Shown one piece after another: positions 62,444 to 64,000 of a stretch of 64,000 nucleotides of DNA. The position numbers and the translations under genes were made by a program. The stretch's first letter is position 1. Each line of letters opens with the position of its first letter. This DNA comes from a virus. The stretch lies in IMG/VR virus record IMGVR_UViG_3300046810_000166, positions 29,689 through 93,688 of that record. The stretch is one strand, 5' to 3'. The notes under the pieces were generated by a model. It made no database searches. It was not told where the DNA came from and saw only the letters and a program-made list of their open reading frames with translations.

Positions 62444-62805
62444 TTCTTCCCTTCCTTCTTCTTGCCCGGCTGGTGGCCGGTGACTTCGTGCCAGTGCACC
62501 CGGTGCTCGCGCCCGGTGTCGTCCTTCACGGTGGGGCCGTGCTCGCCGGCGGCGATCACTTCGCCCGAGCCGGCGAAGGCGCCGGCGTTGAAGGCCACGG
62601 TGTCGCCCTCGCCCACGTTGTGCTTGCCGAATTCGCCGCCGGCGGCGCACTGCTTGAGCAGCGCCAGCAGGCCCACGAAATTCGGGCTGGCCAGATCCAC
62701 CTGCTTCGGGTCCGGCTTGGAGGTAGGTTTGGCTGACGGCGCGGCCTTGGCGGCCGGCTTCTTCTTGTCGCCGGGCTTGGGCAGCGCCTTGAACAGCATC
62801 TTCAT
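62440..62805 (-). CDS. Hypothetical head-region protein (SH3-like C-terminus)
   Basis: Coupled to the portal stop; MKMLFKA start. Confidence 0.55.
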   Translation of the reverse strand: MKMLFKALPKPGDKKKPAAKAAPSAKPTSKPDPKQVDLASPNFVGLLALLKQCAAGGEFGKHNVGEGDTVAFNAGAFAGSGEVIAAGEHGPTVKDDTGREHRVHWHEVTGHQPGKKKEGKK

Positions 62806-64000
62806 GGCATCAGATCCTTGGGCTGGTAGATCGGGAGGTTGAACGACTTGCCGAAGTCGAAGTCGCCGCCGGTTTCGGTGGGCGGGGCGCTGGTGACGGG
62901 CTCCTTGCCCTTCTTGGCGGCGCCTGCAGGCTTGTCCTCGCCGCCCTTGGGGCCATCCTCGCCATCCTCGCCCTCGGCGCCCTGCTGGGCCTCCTGCGGC
63001 GTCAGCACGCCCTGCTCCTGCAGGCTGGCCATGTACACCTGCATCAGGGCCGGGTTGACCGGGGCCTTGCCGATAATCGGGTCTTCGTGCTCGGGCTGGC
63101 CGTCGCGCGCGCGCATTTCGTTGACCGTCATGGTCAGCTTGCTGCGTTCGTGGCGCTTGTCCAGATCCTCGGGGTCCAGCCCGGTGAAGCGGAACACCAG
63201 ATCGGGCGAGAATTCGCCGACGATGAAGTCCGTGATCAGGTTCTGGAAGTAGGTCAGCAGCGGACGCAGGCCCGAGTCCTTCGACGCGGTCAGCTTCTCC
63301 TCGGTGTCCGAGCCGGCCAGCGGGCTGGTGTTGCCGCCGCTGAACGAGTCGAAATTGATCTCGGCCGGGCTGATGCCGTAGATGGCGCAGATCAGCGAAG
63401 TGAGGAAGGTCATCCACTTGCTGAAATACATTTCATTAAATTCAACGTCGAACTTCTCGAAGCTGGCCTTGGAGTGCTCGTCCGGCGAGGTCATGATCGG
63501 CAGCGTCCACGCATTGTTCACGCCGCGCACCATGGCGTTCCAGTAGCGGCGGAAGGCGGCCAGATCCTTGTCGTCGTACTTGCCGACGAGGTGGAGCATG
63601 CCCTTCGGGATCGCGTTGGAGTCGAAGCCCTTGATGTTGTACGTCATGGCGTTCAGGTAGCCAGTGACGGTCTTGACCAGCAGCTCGACCTCGGAATGGC
63701 CATAGCCGGCCACCAGCACGTTCGAGCGCGGGTTGCGCGGCTCATAGATCAGGTCATCGTGGGTGTAGGGCGTGCAGATCCGGCCCTGCACCACCTGCAG
63801 CGCGAAGATATCCGGGTTGCCTTGGTAGCCCTTGTCGGTGCACAGGCGGACGGTGGCGCCGTCGACGGCGTAGAAGCCAGACACGCCCAGCCCCTTGTCC
63901 TTTTTCCACTCCAGCTCGATCGCGGCCGAGTCCATCGACAGCGAGTCGCGGGTCAGCTTGCCCATGAACTGCGAGAAGGCGTCGCGGCCCAGCTTCTTGC
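62802..64000 (-). CDS. Portal protein (5' end outside window)
   Basis: F..VDGAT.R, GYG.SE.E, F....IPKG.L, ICA.YGI.P.EI; frame is open to the window edge. Confidence 0.9.
   Translation of the reverse strand, partial: KKLGRDAFSQFMGKLTRDSLSMDSAAIELEWKKDKGLGVSGFYAVDGATVRLCTDKGYQGNPDIFALQVVQGRICTPYTHDDLIYEPRNPRSNVLVAGYGHSEVELLVKTVTGYLNAMTYNIKGFDSNAIPKGMLHLVGKYDDKDLAAFRRYWNAMVRGVNNAWTLPIMTSPDEHSKASFEKFDVEFNEMYFSKWMTFLTSLICAIYGISPAEINFDSFSGGNTSPLAGSDTEEKLTASKDSGLRPLLTYFQNLITDFIVGEFSPDLVFRFTGLDPEDLDKRHERSKLTMTVNEMRARDGQPEHEDPIIGKAPVNPALMQVYMASLQEQGVLTPQEAQQGAEGEDGEDGPKGGEDKPAGAAKKGKEPVTSAPPTETGGDFDFGKSFNLPIYQPKDLMP

Larger units (their letters stand above)
1..64000. mobile_element. Temperate myovirus / phage-plasmid genome segment (extends beyond both window edges)
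   Basis: Contiguous portal, protease, capsid, neck, sheath, tube, tape measure, baseplate and fibre genes; RecT recombination module; plasmid-like Rep; no host housekeeping genes. Confidence 0.95.

Overview
The whole 64-kb window is one GC-rich temperate myovirus or phage-plasmid genome segment. The host is probably a betaproteobacterium (Oxalobacteraceae-like, inferred from an XRE/HTH protein typical of that family). No host genes, integrase, large terminase or clear repressor lie inside the window. Layout: (1) 1-6400, minus-strand accessory genes, a DNA methyltransferase and a terminase-small-subunit-like gene. (2) About 6400-8930, a 2.5-kb protein-free tract driven by an operator-containing sigma70 promoter. 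It consists of long G-U-containing stems enclosing different cargo sequences (including a tRNA mimic), punctuated by a repeated GCCG..CGGC hairpin. This putative polycistronic structured-RNA array is the main candidate for an undescribed system. (3) 9200-13460, HU, nin-like nucleases and a replication-type HTH protein. (4) 13850-23710, plus-strand early genes: RecE-like nuclease, RecT, SMC-like ATPase, SSB, plasmid-type Rep and a WGR protein. (5) 23760-64000, a minus-strand late region: tail fibres plus a 2OG-Fe(II) oxygenase cassette, baseplate, tape measure with a GH73 domain, lysis genes, sheath and tube, neck, a second fibre-like module, major capsid, scaffold, protease, MuF-like protein and a truncated portal. 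Two regulons can be read directly from the DNA. One is an ACGCAWTGCG(T/G) operator inside five sigma70 promoters. The other is an 11-copy GTCGTGAC-N2-(-10) late promoter, four copies of which predict leaderless mRNAs. A +1 frameshift (TCC TTT CGA) is predicted in the tail chaperone gene. All product calls come from motif recognition and synteny only; no searches were run.
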